From: an uncultured Actinomycetota bacterium
GTDB lineage: Bacteria > Actinomycetota > Aquicultoria > JACQXZ01 > CAYGBL01
NCBI GenBank assembly: GCA_964348135.1
Contig: CAYGBL010000007.1
Location: 9,511-73,510, forward strand
DNA: 64,000 nt
Direction: 5' to 3'
Shown: one piece after another, positions 9,460 to 22,711 of the stretch
Position numbering within the stretch: position 1 is the first letter of the stretch
Layout: every line of letters starts with the position of its first letter
Notes under the pieces: generated by a model
The model's input: only the letters and a program-made list of their open reading frames with translations
Database searches by the model: none
What the model was told of the DNA's origin: nothing
Translations under genes and position numbers: made by a program

Positions 9460-10041
9460 CTAGATAAAGATACTATTAGCGAATAAAGCAATCATGAATG
9501 TTTGAACCGCGCCAGCAAAACCTTGGTATAAATGCTCTGCGCCGAATATTGCAGAGACAATTAAAACGCAAACCAATGGACGCTTCACATATTTATTAAG
9601 AATAGTATAACCGTATCCGCGGAAGATAATCTCTTCTGCCACACCAATAGCAGTAGCGCTAATAACCCACACTGCTGAAAAAGATATTTTGCCTACACCG
9701 ACTTCGGAGAGACGTATAATGGATACAAGAAATTCATGCAGCCATGGAACTACAAAAAATAAAAATACTAACGCTCCCGACCCGATGAGGCAGTCTTTCC
9801 ACCAGGAATAAGATCTAAAACCTATGTATTTCAAAGAATTTCCACCGCGCTTGACAGCCCAAATTATTAAAAAGACAAGGGCGATTTGAATACCTGCCGG
9901 TATGAGCATAGAGCTTACAGGCATCATTCCGGTCTCTGTCTCTTGGCGCAACATTTGGGACGTTGCAAAGTTGCTTACTATCAGGAAAATAGTGAAAAAG
10001 ATAATGTAGAAGTTTAGTTCGTTAAACTTGGATTTTTTCAT
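9460..10041 (-). CDS. CPBP family intramembrane metalloprotease
   Basis: It carries the EEIIFRGY and FGAEHL motifs. Confidence 0.75.
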   Translation of the reverse strand: MKKSKFNELNFYIIFFTIFLIVSNFATSQMLRQETETGMMPVSSMLIPAGIQIALVFLIIWAVKRGGNSLKYIGFRSYSWWKDCLIGSGALVFLFFVVPWLHEFLVSIIRLSEVGVGKISFSAVWVISATAIGVAEEIIFRGYGYTILNKYVKRPLVCVLIVSAIFGAEHLYQGFAGAVQTFMIALFANSIFI

Positions 10042-10246
10042 TTTGGTTTCCTTCTAGTTTCATATGTATGATTATATGGCCATCTCAGTGTTCATTATGC
10101 ACATAGTGACATAACGTTGAATGAACTTAATAAGGATCATATGTTAATTTTTAATAATCGAACGAAAGCAGCTCAAATTTTAAATACGGATTTAATCCCC
10201 GGTTCGCTTTCGGCTCTTAAATGTCAATTTTGCTTCTTCTGCCATC

Positions 10247-11248
10247 TCAAGAAGTGATCTTCTCTATAATCGTTTCTGCCATCTCAGAGGTAGTTGCATC
10301 GCCGGCGAGGTCGTAGGTGACATTCTTGCCCTCGGCTATCACTTCTGCAGTTGCGTTGAAGACTTTATTGGCCGCTTTTCGCTCGCCAATATGCTTGAGC
10401 ATAAGGACAGCAGAGAGGATTATGGCAGTGGGGTTTACTTTGTTCTGGCCGGCATATTTTGGGGCACTTCCGTGTACAGGCTCAAAGAGGGCAATTTCAT
10501 CTCCGATATTAGCACCTGGTGCAACTCCCAGCCCACCGACTAGACCAGCACAGAGATCGGATACAATGTCGCCGTACAGATTGGGAAGGACCATTACATC
10601 ATAAAGCTCTGGTTTCTGCACCAACTGCATACACATATTATCGACGATACGGTCTTCAAATTCTAATTGGGGATAATCCTTGGCTACCGTACGTGCAGAT
10701 TCTAAAAAGAGGCCATCGGAAAGCTTCATTATATTTGCTTTGTGAATAGCCGTGACTTTTTTGCGGTTCTCTCGAATAGCATATTCAAAAGCGAAGCGCA
10801 CAATGCGCTCGGAAGCCCTTCTGGTGATGCGTTTGATGGATTCTGCCGTATCAGGGTCAATCTGCCTTTCTATTCCTGCATATAAATCCTCAGTATTTTC
10901 CCGAACTACTATCAAGTCAATATCTTCATACCGAGATTTTACACCTTTAAGAGAAAAGGCTGGGCGGAGGCACGCATAAAGATCAAGCTCTTTGCGCATA
11001 GCTACATTTACACTGCGGAAGCCGCTTCCTACTGGTGTGGTAATGGGTCCTTTAAGAGCAACTTTGTTTTTGCGGATGGATTCTATAACCTGCCCGGGAA
11101 GAGGTGTGCCGTATTTATTCATAACGTCGGCGCCAGCCTCCTGAAGCTCCCACTGAATCTTAACTCCCGTAGCTTCAACTACCTTCCTTGCTGCTTTTGT
11201 TATTTCCGGGCCTATCCCATCACCAGGAATGAGAGTGATTGTATGCAT
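10247..11248 (-). CDS. leuB: 3-isopropylmalate dehydrogenase (isocitrate/isopropylmalate DH family)
   Basis: It carries an N-terminal [10 protein letters not shown] and sits next to leuD, leuC and leuA. Confidence 0.8.
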   Translation of the reverse strand: MHTITLIPGDGIGPEITKAARKVVEATGVKIQWELQEAGADVMNKYGTPLPGQVIESIRKNKVALKGPITTPVGSGFRSVNVAMRKELDLYACLRPAFSLKGVKSRYEDIDLIVVRENTEDLYAGIERQIDPDTAESIKRITRRASERIVRFAFEYAIRENRKKVTAIHKANIMKLSDGLFLESARTVAKDYPQLEFEDRIVDNMCMQLVQKPELYDVMVLPNLYGDIVSDLCAGLVGGLGVAPGANIGDEIALFEPVHGSAPKYAGQNKVNPTAIILSAVLMLKHIGERKAANKVFNATAEVIAEGKNVTYDLAGDATTSEMAETIIEKITS

Positions 11249-11536
11249 ATAACCTCCGGGTCATAGAATGTCGGACAATGACTAATTACCAAATCCTAAT
11301 GACTAATTTTTAAATCAAAAACCAAATATTAAAAAGCAAAAATACAAATCAAAAATCAAAAATGACCTGAATGCAGTGATTGTAATGAGATACTAATCTT
11401 TTGTTTTTGAGTTTTTTATATGTGTTTTTGCTATTTGATTTTTCATTTTTAATATTTGAAATTCGCTGTTCACTATTCTTTAGACATTCGTCATTAGGCA
11501 TTAGTCATTCGCACCCACTCATCCCCTAACTTCCAG

Positions 11537-12034
11537 CTAAAGCTGGAATCCTCCATGTTTCTTAAAATGCTCCACTAATCCGCCATCGTTAATAATCTTG
11601 AGCATTACAGGAGGCAAGGGTTTTATATCAAGAGTAATTCCTTTGGTGAGGTTTTTTATCTCTCCTGCACCGAGGTCCACTTCGAGTTCGTCGCCCGCTT
11701 CTATCTTATCAGTGTCACATTCCACTACAGGAAGGCCGGTGTTGATAGCGTTTCGGAAGAAGATACGGGCAAAGGATTTGGCTAATACTGCGCTTATTCC
11801 AGCGTATTTGATAACAAGGGGGGCCTGTTCTCTCGAAGAGCCGCAGCCGAAATTCCTGCCACCAACGATAAAATCTCCTTGTGATATTTTGCTGGAGAAA
11901 TCAGGTTCAATGTCCTCCATTAGATGCCTGGATAGTTCCTTCATATCGATGGTTGAGAATTTGTAGCGACCGGAAATGATATAGTCGGTATTTATGTCGT
12001 CACCAAATTTATGTGCTTTGCCTTTGAGTTTCAT
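11537..12034 (-). CDS. leuD: 3-isopropylmalate dehydratase small subunit
   Basis: 165 aa, LeuD/aconitase swivel domain. Confidence 0.85.
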   Translation of the reverse strand: MKLKGKAHKFGDDINTDYIISGRYKFSTIDMKELSRHLMEDIEPDFSSKISQGDFIVGGRNFGCGSSREQAPLVIKYAGISAVLAKSFARIFFRNAINTGLPVVECDTDKIEAGDELEVDLGAGEIKNLTKGITLDIKPLPPVMLKIINDGGLVEHFKKHGGFQL

Positions 12035-12036
12035 TT

Positions 12037-12125
12037 GGTCTCACCCTCACCCTGACCCTCTCCCCTCAAGGGAGAGGAATAGTAATTCAAGATTGCTTCG
12101 CTGCGCTCGCAATGACAACTATTTC
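12037..12125 (+). repeat. REP-like dispersed element (CCCTCTCCC hairpin plus AGATTGCTTCGC-hairpin-CTCGCAATGACAA)
   Basis: The sequence is ctcaccctcaccctgaCCCTCTCCCCTCAAGGGAGAGGaatagtaattcaAGATTGCTTCGCTGCGCTCGCAATGACAA. A near-identical copy lies at 16752..16832. Variants with compensatory changes in the central stem lie at 14866..15110 (three copies in reverse orientation), 21335..21400, 25024..25060, 37950..37990 and 2686..2740. Confidence 0.75.
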
Positions 12126-12163
12126 ATTTATAGTGCATCTTGCATCATATATCGTGTATCGAT

Positions 12164-13417
12164 CTATAAGTATTTTCTCGGGTCTGCTATCTTTCCTTCA
12201 ATTGCTGAGGCGGCGACTGTTGCCGGTGAACCCAGATAGATAAATGCTTTGGGATTTCCCATTCTGCCTTTGAAGTTTCTATTGGCAGTAGAAATAACAT
12301 TTTCTCTATCAGCGGGAACTCCCTGATGTGTTCCCACGCAAGGGCCACAGCCTGGATTCACTACTACAGCACCTGATTCAATCAGGGTTGTCATTATACC
12401 TTCCCCCATTGCTTCAAGACATACATCGCGCGAGGCAGGAGCAACAACCATCCTTACATCAGGATTAACCATCTTTCCTTTGAGTATTCCGGCAGCTATC
12501 CGTAAATCCTCCAGGCGACCATTAGTGCATGTGCCCAGATATGCTTTTTGTATCGGAGTGCCCTCCACTTCGCTAATCGGTACCACATTGTCAACAGTAT
12601 GGGGTTTGGCAATTTGGGGTTCAAGCTTAGAAACATCATATTTTTTGACTTCAGCATATTTAGCATCTTTATCAGGAACAACCGTCTGAAAATCACGTTT
12701 ACTGTGACTCTTTACCCAGTCTTCCGTTTTTTCGTCAGCTAGCATCAAACCCGCCTTTGCTCCCATCTCTACTGCCATATTGGAAATAGTAAAGCGGGCA
12801 TCGACGCTTAAGGCATCTATTGCCTCCCCTGTATACTCTACTGCCATATAGGTCGCGCCGTCGGCAGTTACCTCCCCAATGAGAAAAAGAATTAGATCCT
12901 TGGAATATGCTCCCCGGGGCAAAGCGCTTTTAAGAACAAATTTGATAGTTTCGGGAACTTTAAACCAGAGCTTTCCAGAAAGAAGCCCAGCTGCCAGATC
13001 AGTAGAGCCAACACCGGTCGAAAAAGCATTTATCGCCCCATAGGTACAGGTATGGGAATCAGCTCCAATAACTAGATCACCCGGTACAACATGTCCCTGT
13101 TCTGCCATAAGCTGATGGCATACACCGCATCCAATATCATAGAGATTAATGCCAGTCTCTTTTGCAAACTCGCGCATCATGCCGTGAAGTTCCGAGACTC
13201 CAATCGAAGGACTGGGAGCGCTGTGGTCTATAACCATAATCACCTTGCTGGGATCAAAGACTTTACGCCCATTCATATCCCTAAAGGCTCTAATAGCTAA
13301 AGGTGAGGTGCCATCTTGCCCCATCATAAAATCAACGTCGGCGATAACTATATCGCCGGCGTAGACATCTTTTCCGCTATGCGCACTGAGTATCTTCTCA
13401 GCAATAGTCTTCCCCAT
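12164..13417 (-). CDS. leuC: 3-isopropylmalate dehydratase large subunit
   Basis: 417 aa, aconitase-family Cys ligands. Confidence 0.9.
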   Translation of the reverse strand: MGKTIAEKILSAHSGKDVYAGDIVIADVDFMMGQDGTSPLAIRAFRDMNGRKVFDPSKVIMVIDHSAPSPSIGVSELHGMMREFAKETGINLYDIGCGVCHQLMAEQGHVVPGDLVIGADSHTCTYGAINAFSTGVGSTDLAAGLLSGKLWFKVPETIKFVLKSALPRGAYSKDLILFLIGEVTADGATYMAVEYTGEAIDALSVDARFTISNMAVEMGAKAGLMLADEKTEDWVKSHSKRDFQTVVPDKDAKYAEVKKYDVSKLEPQIAKPHTVDNVVPISEVEGTPIQKAYLGTCTNGRLEDLRIAAGILKGKMVNPDVRMVVAPASRDVCLEAMGEGIMTTLIESGAVVVNPGCGPCVGTHQGVPADRENVISTANRNFKGRMGNPKAFIYLGSPATVAASAIEGKIADPRKYL

Positions 13418-14604
13418 TAACTCCCCTCCGCAGAGGCAGTCTTACTGCTTTTATATTTCTTATAAATCTGAACCAGCTCTTTGTCGAATAGAGCTCTCTT
13501 AAGCTCAACTGACATAGAACGCACATCCTTTAAAATTTCTATCGCTTCTTCTTCAGTCAATTCAATTCCATATTCTTTAAACTTGGCAATCAAAGCCCTG
13601 GTTCCAGAGTGCTTGCCGATAACGATTTGCCTCTCCAAACCAACCTCTTCAGGAGCAAAGACTTCATAGGTGATGGGATTTTTTATAACGCCATCTGCAT
13701 GAATACCCGACTCGTGGGCAAATACATTGGCACCCACTATGGCTTTCCATACGGGAATCGTGCGGGCCGACGCTTGGGCTACATACTCAGAAAGGCTGCG
13801 GAGCATCTCGGTTTTTAATCCAAGGTCGACTCCACCGATGTATTTCATTGCCATAACTATCTCTTCAAGAGCGGCATTCCCTGCCCGCTCGCCTAATCCA
13901 TTAACAGTAGTATTTACATATTTCGCTCCAGCTTTAACTCCGGCTAGAGCATTTGCGGTAGCCATCCCAAAGTCGTTATGGGTATGCATTTCAATTTCTA
14001 TTCCTACTTTTTCGTACAGGAACCTAACCGCTCTAAAGGTTTCAAAGGGATCAAGAATACCGAGAGTATCACAAAAACGCAAACGGTCTGCTCCCACTTC
14101 CTTCGCAGTGTTAGCAAATTGGATGAGAAAATCCATATTGGCACGTGAGGCATCTTCTGCATTAACTGACACATAAAGGTTTTGTTGCTTTGCAAAATCT
14201 ACGGCTTTCTTGATGCTTTCTAGAACCCAGAGCCTGCTCTGTTTGAGCTTGTGCTCTATATGAATGTCGGAAGCTGAAATACTTATGGCTACCGACTTTA
14301 CACCACAATTTAAGGAGTGCTCAACATCAGAAATAACTGCACGATTCCAGGCCAGAATGTCTGCATTTAAGCCTAAATCAACAATTTTCTTGATGGTTTC
14401 TTTCTCATCGCCACCCATCGCCGGTATACCGACCTCAATCTGGTGAACTCCTATTTCATCCAGTAACTGTGCTATCTGAATCTTTTCACGGTTGGCAAAT
14501 ACTACACCCGCAGTTTGCTCCCCATCCCGCAGTGTAGTGTCATCGATACAGACTACCGGCTCCTCTGGTTTGAGTTTTAGATCGGTAAGCTCATTTTTAT
14601 CCAA
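13417..14604 (-). CDS. leuA: 2-isopropylmalate/citramalate synthase (LeuA/CimA family, short form)
   Basis: It carries the DTTLRDGEQ motif. The start is TTG at 14604 after a GGAGGA RBS. It lacks the long C-terminal regulatory domain. Confidence 0.75.
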   Translation of the reverse strand: MDKNELTDLKLKPEEPVVCIDDTTLRDGEQTAGVVFANREKIQIAQLLDEIGVHQIEVGIPAMGGDEKETIKKIVDLGLNADILAWNRAVISDVEHSLNCGVKSVAISISASDIHIEHKLKQSRLWVLESIKKAVDFAKQQNLYVSVNAEDASRANMDFLIQFANTAKEVGADRLRFCDTLGILDPFETFRAVRFLYEKVGIEIEMHTHNDFGMATANALAGVKAGAKYVNTTVNGLGERAGNAALEEIVMAMKYIGGVDLGLKTEMLRSLSEYVAQASARTIPVWKAIVGANVFAHESGIHADGVIKNPITYEVFAPEEVGLERQIVIGKHSGTRALIAKFKEYGIELTEEEAIEILKDVRSMSVELKRALFDKELVQIYKKYKSSKTASAEGS

Positions 14605-15254
14605 GTCTATCCTCCTGCTTTAACTTATACTCAAAAATATTGTATAGGAAAAGGGGATATAGTAGCAAGTTGCAGAGTTTAGAGTTATAGATCAAGGAGA
14701 ATGAATTAAGGGACAGGGATAAAGGGACAATAGTGACAGGCTATGGATTTTAATATGGAGTTCAGTATGTATGAATAGTATTGCCAGTGCGCGAAATAAT
14801 CCAAAAACTGAACTTCAGTTTGAGACGTGGAACATATAAGTTGCAGGCGCAACCTTGGTATTGCCACGCTCGCTCTGACAAAAGTCAGCGCTCACTCGCA
14901 ATGACGAGGGGAACATTCAGTTGTTGCAAGTAGATTTGTTTTTCATCATTGCCAACATATTTGTTTTTAGCATTGCGCGCAGCGAAGCAATCTCGAATTG
15001 AAAATGACATTGGAGGAGCAAACTTTTCATCCTTTATCATTACGAGCGCAGCCATTTTCACCCTTTGTCATTACGAGCCCCGTCATAGGCGGGGCGAAGT
15101 AATCTTGCTTTAACTCAAAGCACAAAATTGCACTTGTAACATGCAACTGAAAACCAGGAAATTGTAACTTGCCAGTTTAAACTACAACCTGCAACCTTAA
15201 AACTTGAAATACATTTGTATATAAATATATAAATATAAATAAATATATATATTA

Positions 15255-16709
15255 CTACTGACTCTTGGCCAGTTTATCTTTGAGGAGTTTATTAACCATC
15301 TGGGGATTGGCTTTGCCCTGAGTAAGCTTCATTACCTGTCCTACCAGAAAACCCAACGCTTTCTCCTTGCCCTGCTTGAATTCTTCTACCACACTGTTAT
15401 TTTCGGTAATAACCTGTTCTACCAGCTTTGCGATTGCCTGTTCATCACTTATCTGAACCAGATCGAGCTCATCAATTATGATGTGGGGAAGCTTTCCGGT
15501 TTCAAATACCTCCTTGAATACTGTCTTGGCAATCTTCCCACTAATAGTTCCTTTATCCATAAGCTTGAGAAGCTCTACCAGATGCTTGGGAGTAACTGCA
15601 CACTCATCTATCTCCAGATTGGCAGCATTAAGCATTGCCGCTAGCTCACCATTAACCCAGTTTGCAACAATCTTTGCCTTCGAATAACCGCTTACTGCCT
15701 CCTCAAAGAAATCTCCGACTGCTTTCGAGGAAGTTAGAATGCGGGCATCATAAGCGGAAAGTCCAAAATTCTCTACAAACCGTTTAAGTCTGGCATCCGG
15801 AAGCTCAGGAAGGGTATCTTCTAATTCCTTTATCCAAGACCGATCAGGCTCAAGCGGCACTAAGTCCGGTTCAGGAAAGTAGCGGTAGTCATGTACCTCT
15901 TCTTTGGAACGAAGAGGCAAGGTTACATTATTGTCAGCATCCCAATGGCGAGTCTCCTGAACAACCTTTCCTCCTTCTTCCAGTGTCTCTCGCTGACGCT
16001 CGATTTCGTAGCTTAAACCTCTCTGGATAGCGCGAAAGGAATTCATATTCTTTATTTCTGTCTTGGTGCCAAAGACTTCTTCATTATGAATCCGCAAAGA
16101 GATGTTTGCATCACAGCGAAGAGACCCTTGTTCCATATTGCAGTCTGATACCTCCAGGTGTTCCAGGATACTTTTGAGCTTCTGGACAAAAGCTTTCGCT
16201 TCTTCCGGCGAACGGATATCCGGCTCTGTTACTATTTCAACCAGCGGTATGCCTGCCCGGTTAAAATCAACCAGACTATAGTCTGCTCCGCTGATCCGCC
16301 CTGTTTCGCTAATATGGACAAGCTTGCCTGTATCCTCCTCAAGATGGACTCTCGTTATTCCTACTTTGCGAGCGTAGCTGCCCATATCCACTTCAACAAA
16401 GCCATTGGTGCATACAGGCAAATCATACTGTGAAATCTGATAGTTTTTAGGCATGTCGGGATAGAAATAGTTTTTGCGGTGGAATTGGGTAAAGGGTGCG
16501 ACCTCACAGTTTAGCGCAAGGCCAATTTTTATGGTAAACTCTACAGCTTTCTCGTTTATCACAGGTAACGACCCCGGGTAACCCAGGCAGATAGGACAAG
16601 TCTGAGTATTTGGTTTCTCACCAAAGGTAACGGCACAGCCGCAAAACATCTTGCTCTGCGTTGATAGCTCAACGTGTATCTCTAATCCAATTACCGGTTC
16701 GTAGTGCAT
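15255..16709 (-). CDS. gatB: Asp/Glu-tRNA amidotransferase subunit B
   Basis: The N-terminus reads [12 protein letters not shown]. Confidence 0.9.
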   Translation of the reverse strand: MHYEPVIGLEIHVELSTQSKMFCGCAVTFGEKPNTQTCPICLGYPGSLPVINEKAVEFTIKIGLALNCEVAPFTQFHRKNYFYPDMPKNYQISQYDLPVCTNGFVEVDMGSYARKVGITRVHLEEDTGKLVHISETGRISGADYSLVDFNRAGIPLVEIVTEPDIRSPEEAKAFVQKLKSILEHLEVSDCNMEQGSLRCDANISLRIHNEEVFGTKTEIKNMNSFRAIQRGLSYEIERQRETLEEGGKVVQETRHWDADNNVTLPLRSKEEVHDYRYFPEPDLVPLEPDRSWIKELEDTLPELPDARLKRFVENFGLSAYDARILTSSKAVGDFFEEAVSGYSKAKIVANWVNGELAAMLNAANLEIDECAVTPKHLVELLKLMDKGTISGKIAKTVFKEVFETGKLPHIIIDELDLVQISDEQAIAKLVEQVITENNSVVEEFKQGKEKALGFLVGQVMKLTQGKANPQMVNKLLKDKLAKSQ

Positions 16710-16835
16710 GACTCAGTTCTCAGTTAACAGTTGACAGTTATTAGAGCTGTTTCTTACCCTCACACTGACCCTCTCCTTCAAAGGTGAAGGAAAACATGAG
16801 ATTGCTTCGCTGCGCTCGCAATGACAAAAATAAAT

Positions 16836-17010
16836 ATCTTCGCAATGATTAAAACAAATATATTTACAATGACCAAAACAAATACGCTCACAATGACTCA
16901 ATAATACGTGTGCAATGATAAAAACAAATACGCTTGCAATAACAAAATAAATATGTTTGTAATGACACAACAAATAAGTTCGTAATGACTAAAATAAATA
17001 CGCCCGTATT
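16836..17010 (+). repeat. tandem ~23-bp direct repeats (about 7 units) with a CAATGA core
   Basis: Successive units have the form AAAYAAATAyrytyrCAATGAyyAAAAC, with no spacers. The array sits between gatA and gatB, immediately 3' of a REP-like element. Confidence 0.8.
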
Positions 17011-17181
17011 GTCCAAATTGCCCTATTTTTGCAGGGCCGGCACCTGCGGTCTTCTGTTCTTAAGGGTACAATCCCCTTCCCTGCTGAACTCCTTAAAAGA
17101 GCTAGCTCCACTTTATTCACGGCAACGGCTCGAATATCGCGCATTATACATCGCGCAACTCGCAACTTAAAACACGACATG

Positions 17182-18639
17182 TTACAATTTTGGCTTCTCT
17201 TTCCACTTAAAACTTTGTTCAAATGCATAAGCGACTTTGAAGAGAGTCGACTCATCAAAAGCCTTGCCCATTATCTGCAGACCTATAGGCATTCCATCGG
17301 AATCGCTTCCACATGGAACCGATATCCCCGGAATTCCTGCAAGATTTACAGGAATAGTACAAATATCGGAAAGATACATCTGCAAAGGATCATCAATTCT
17401 TTCGCCAATCTTAAAAGCAACGGTTGGCGACGTTGGTGAAATAAGCACATCATACTTTTTAAAGGCGTTACTAAAATCTTCAACAATAAGGGTGCGCACC
17501 TTTTGTGCCTGCCCATAGTATGCCTCATAGTAACCAGCGCTTAAAGCGTAGGTTCCAAGCATAATTCTTCGCTTAACTTCATTTCCAAATCCTTCAGCCC
17601 GGCTTTTCTTATACATCTCAAGCATATCCTCAAATGCTTCAGTTCGGTATCCGTAACGTACCCCATCGTAACGCGCAAGATTGGAACTTGCCTCAGCAGG
17701 CGCAATAATATAGTAAGCGGAGAGAGCATAGTCAACGTGGCCCAAAGTTGTCTCCTCCACATCTACACCAAGGTGCCCTAGTACATCTATCGTATTTGAT
17801 ATAGCATCGCGTACCTCAACCTGTGTTCCTTCTCCGAGGAATTCTTTTGGCACTCCTATCTTCATTCCTTTCACATCGCCATCAAGTGCTTCTCTATAAT
17901 CAGGAATCTCAACAGGAGCAGACGTTGAATCGAGAGAATCATGCCCCGCAATAGCCTGAAGAAGCAGAGCTGAATCGGTAACATCTTTAGTAATCGGACC
18001 AATCTGATCAAGAGAAGAAGCAAAAGCCACCAGTCCGTAGCGTGAAACGAGACCATAGGTCGGTTTCATTCCCACTACTCCGCAGAGAGCCGCCGGCTGC
18101 CTAATGGATCCCCCAGTATCAGAACCTAAAGCCATAATAGCTTCATCGGCAGCTACGGCGGCTGCCGAACCTCCACTTGATCCTCCAGGAACTGTCTCAA
18201 CATTCCAGGGATTCCTGGTTGTAAAGAAACCAGAATTCTCAGTTGAGGAACCCATAGCAAACTCATCCATATTGGTTTTTCCCGTCATAACAATCTCTTG
18301 GTTGAGAAGACGGTCAACCGCGGTTGCGTTATATACAGAAATATAATTCTCGAGGATTTTAGAAGAGCACGTGGTACGGAGACCTTTTACGCACATATTG
18401 TCTTTGATAGCTATGGGAATCCCAGCCAGCAGAGGGAGCTCTTCTCCTTCCCTAATTTTGATATCTATTTGCGAAGCTTTCTTTAAAGCAGCTTCCTCGC
18501 TAAGTGTTACGTAGGCTTTAATATCAGGCTCAACCTGCTCAATTCGGGAAAATACGCTCTTACAGAGCTCAGTTGCGCTAATCTCCTTGTTCTTGAGCAT
18601 TTTATGAAGCTGATGAGCAGTAAGCTCATTTAATTTCAT
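17182..18639 (-). CDS. gatA: Glu-tRNA(Gln) amidotransferase subunit A
   Basis: It carries the amidase signature [12 protein letters not shown]. Confidence 0.9.
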   Translation of the reverse strand: MKLNELTAHQLHKMLKNKEISATELCKSVFSRIEQVEPDIKAYVTLSEEAALKKASQIDIKIREGEELPLLAGIPIAIKDNMCVKGLRTTCSSKILENYISVYNATAVDRLLNQEIVMTGKTNMDEFAMGSSTENSGFFTTRNPWNVETVPGGSSGGSAAAVAADEAIMALGSDTGGSIRQPAALCGVVGMKPTYGLVSRYGLVAFASSLDQIGPITKDVTDSALLLQAIAGHDSLDSTSAPVEIPDYREALDGDVKGMKIGVPKEFLGEGTQVEVRDAISNTIDVLGHLGVDVEETTLGHVDYALSAYYIIAPAEASSNLARYDGVRYGYRTEAFEDMLEMYKKSRAEGFGNEVKRRIMLGTYALSAGYYEAYYGQAQKVRTLIVEDFSNAFKKYDVLISPTSPTVAFKIGERIDDPLQMYLSDICTIPVNLAGIPGISVPCGSDSDGMPIGLQIMGKAFDESTLFKVAYAFEQSFKWKEKPKL

Positions 18640-18736
18640 AGAAAAATCCTATGGTATCATTAAGCATTGAGCTTAGAGCACAGAGCTTAGAAAAATATTT
18701 ATATCCTCGCTCATGGTTCTCTGCTCTCCGCTTGCT

Positions 18737-19021
18737 TTAAACTATTTTCGGTATTACAAAAAATCCGTCTTCTTCCTTAGGTGCGTTGGAGAGCGCCTCT
18801 TTTTGCGAAAGGCTGCCCTTCGCCTCATCCTTTCGAAGAACATTCCGGATAGGAAGCACATGGGAGGTCGGTTTTACCTTCTTTGTATCCAACTGGCTTA
18901 TCTTTCCGGCATGATCCAGAATGTTTCCAAGCTGCTTGGTAAATAACTCTTTTTCCTGTTCTGAGATAAAAAGGCGCGCCAGCATCGCAACATGTTCCAC
19001 GTCTTTTTTAGTTATAGACAT
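18737..19021 (-). CDS. gatC: Glu-tRNA(Gln) amidotransferase subunit C
   Basis: 94 aa. It sits upstream of gatA in the order gatC, gatA, repeats, gatB. Confidence 0.85.
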   Translation of the reverse strand: MSITKKDVEHVAMLARLFISEQEKELFTKQLGNILDHAGKISQLDTKKVKPTSHVLPIRNVLRKDEAKGSLSQKEALSNAPKEEDGFFVIPKIV

Positions 19022-19111
19022 TCTAAAAAACCCCTTCAGTTCAGAGCTTCGAGCAACGAGCTTTAAGCTTTTTATGTTTTTACCTTCAGTTCATGGCTCG
19101 CTGCTGGTCGC

Positions 19112-21127
<2,016 letters not shown>

Positions 21128-21574
21128 TCACCTCTCTTAATAGAGCTAATTTCCATGCTTCAAAACAATTTTAATTCCTCTCCTCAACACAAGTCAATTT
21201 GTCCTTTCTTGATTATCTTCCAACGTAGTAGCATTATTATACTGAGACTAGCAATGGGATTAAAACCTGCAAAACTAAAATTCAAGATGCACAATACAAA
21301 AATTTCAACCAGCAATTCAAAAAGAGCAAGATTGCTTCTTACGCTACTGGCGTAGTCGCAATGATAGATCAAGCAATGACACCATTTTGTATCAAAGCGA
21401 TAAAATGTTTGACGAAGTGAGTTGTTTTTTGATTTTGATTTGCAATTCCAGTTTTAACTTTAACTTTCATACTCCTCTTTGGAGATAGGCTATAATAAGG
21501 TTTTTCTGGGCAAACAGGTCCCCACCTTACACTTTATGTTTATTGAGAAGCATAAATTTTAAATACTATGTGCG

Positions 21575-22711
21575 ATGAACAAAGTTAAAGCTAAAAAAGA
21601 ACAAAAATCATGCAGAGTATGTGGAAAAACCCCGGAACTGTTTAGCAGGAAACTGGGTGTATGCCTTGAATGCATCCGCTCTCGTCCCGGTGAAGCACTT
21701 AAATTTACGGCACAAGTGCATGCCCAAAGCAGGAAAGAGTTCGGCCTACCTTCGTCTCCTCCACGCGATCCGAAAGGTAAAAGCTGTACGTGGTGTGTAA
21801 ATCAATGTCAAATACCCATTGGAGGAAAGGGCTACTGCGGGCTGAGAACAAATCAGCACGGCAAACTTGCCCATCTGGCGGGCGTAAGGAAAGCGGTAGT
21901 CTCCTGGTATCATGATCCTCTACCTACCAACTGTGTTGCTGACTGGGTTTGTCCAGCAGGGAGCGATTGCGGGTATCCCCGGTTCTCGTATGCCCCGGGG
22001 CCCGAATATGGATATACCAACCTTGCAGTTTTTTTCGGAGCATGCACCTTCGATTGTCTCTTTTGCCAGAACTGGCATTATCGAAATATGAGCCAGCATC
22101 TTGAGCCTCTAAAGAAACCAGGAGATCTTGCAGAAGCAATAGACATGAAAACTGCCTGCATTTGCTATTTTGGGGGAGATCCAACACCCCAGCTTCCCTA
22201 TGCTTTTACTGCATCCAAAATGGCAATAGATAGGGCTTCCAACCGTATTCTCCGAATCTGCTGGGAGACCAATGGTACAATGAATCCCAAGTTCAGGGAC
22301 AGAATGGCAGAGATCTCTTTGAAGACAGGTGGCTGTATTAAGTTTGATATGAAATGCTGGGACGAAAACCTAAATATTGCTTTAAGCAATACCAGCAACA
22401 AACAGACTTTAGAGAACTTCGCCAACCTGGCTAAAAGAAGTAAAGAGCGGCCCGAACCTCCTTTTTTAATCGCCAGTACTTTACTTATTCCAGGCTACAT
22501 AGATACCAAGGAGGTATCAAATATAGCCACCTTCATCTCTTCGCTGAATCCTGAAATCCCTTATTCTCTCCTCGCCTTCTATCCCTGCTTTGAGATGGAT
22601 GACCTTCCTACTACATCATGGAAGCATGCTGAGGAATGTATCAAAGCTGCCAGGGAGGCGGGTTTAAAGAAAGTAAAAATAGGAAACGCTCACCTGCTAT
22701 CTGCAAGATGA
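21575..22711 (+). CDS. radical SAM protein (PFL-activating-enzyme/AmmeMemoRadiSam-like) with N-terminal zinc ribbon
   Basis: It carries the CTFDCLFCQNWH (CxxxCxxC) motif. The N-terminus has CRVCG...CLEC. Confidence 0.65.
   Translation: MNKVKAKKEQKSCRVCGKTPELFSRKLGVCLECIRSRPGEALKFTAQVHAQSRKEFGLPSSPPRDPKGKSCTWCVNQCQIPIGGKGYCGLRTNQHGKLAHLAGVRKAVVSWYHDPLPTNCVADWVCPAGSDCGYPRFSYAPGPEYGYTNLAVFFGACTFDCLFCQNWHYRNMSQHLEPLKKPGDLAEAIDMKTACICYFGGDPTPQLPYAFTASKMAIDRASNRILRICWETNGTMNPKFRDRMAEISLKTGGCIKFDMKCWDENLNIALSNTSNKQTLENFANLAKRSKERPEPPFLIASTLLIPGYIDTKEVSNIATFISSLNPEIPYSLLAFYPCFEMDDLPTTSWKHAEECIKAAREAGLKKVKIGNAHLLSAR

Noticed and set aside
16713-17010. CRISPR array (regular ~23-bp repeats), and the ORF 16713..16973 (86 aa, Cys/His-rich)
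   Set aside because: The repeats are contiguous with no unique spacers and are degenerate, so this is a tandem repeat and not a CRISPR. The ORF is merely a translation of the repeat (iterated CERICFGHCKYICFNHC...).
17029-18486. Several plus-strand ORFs (60-136 aa) inside gatA
   Set aside because: They are antisense to a highly conserved amidase coding sequence.
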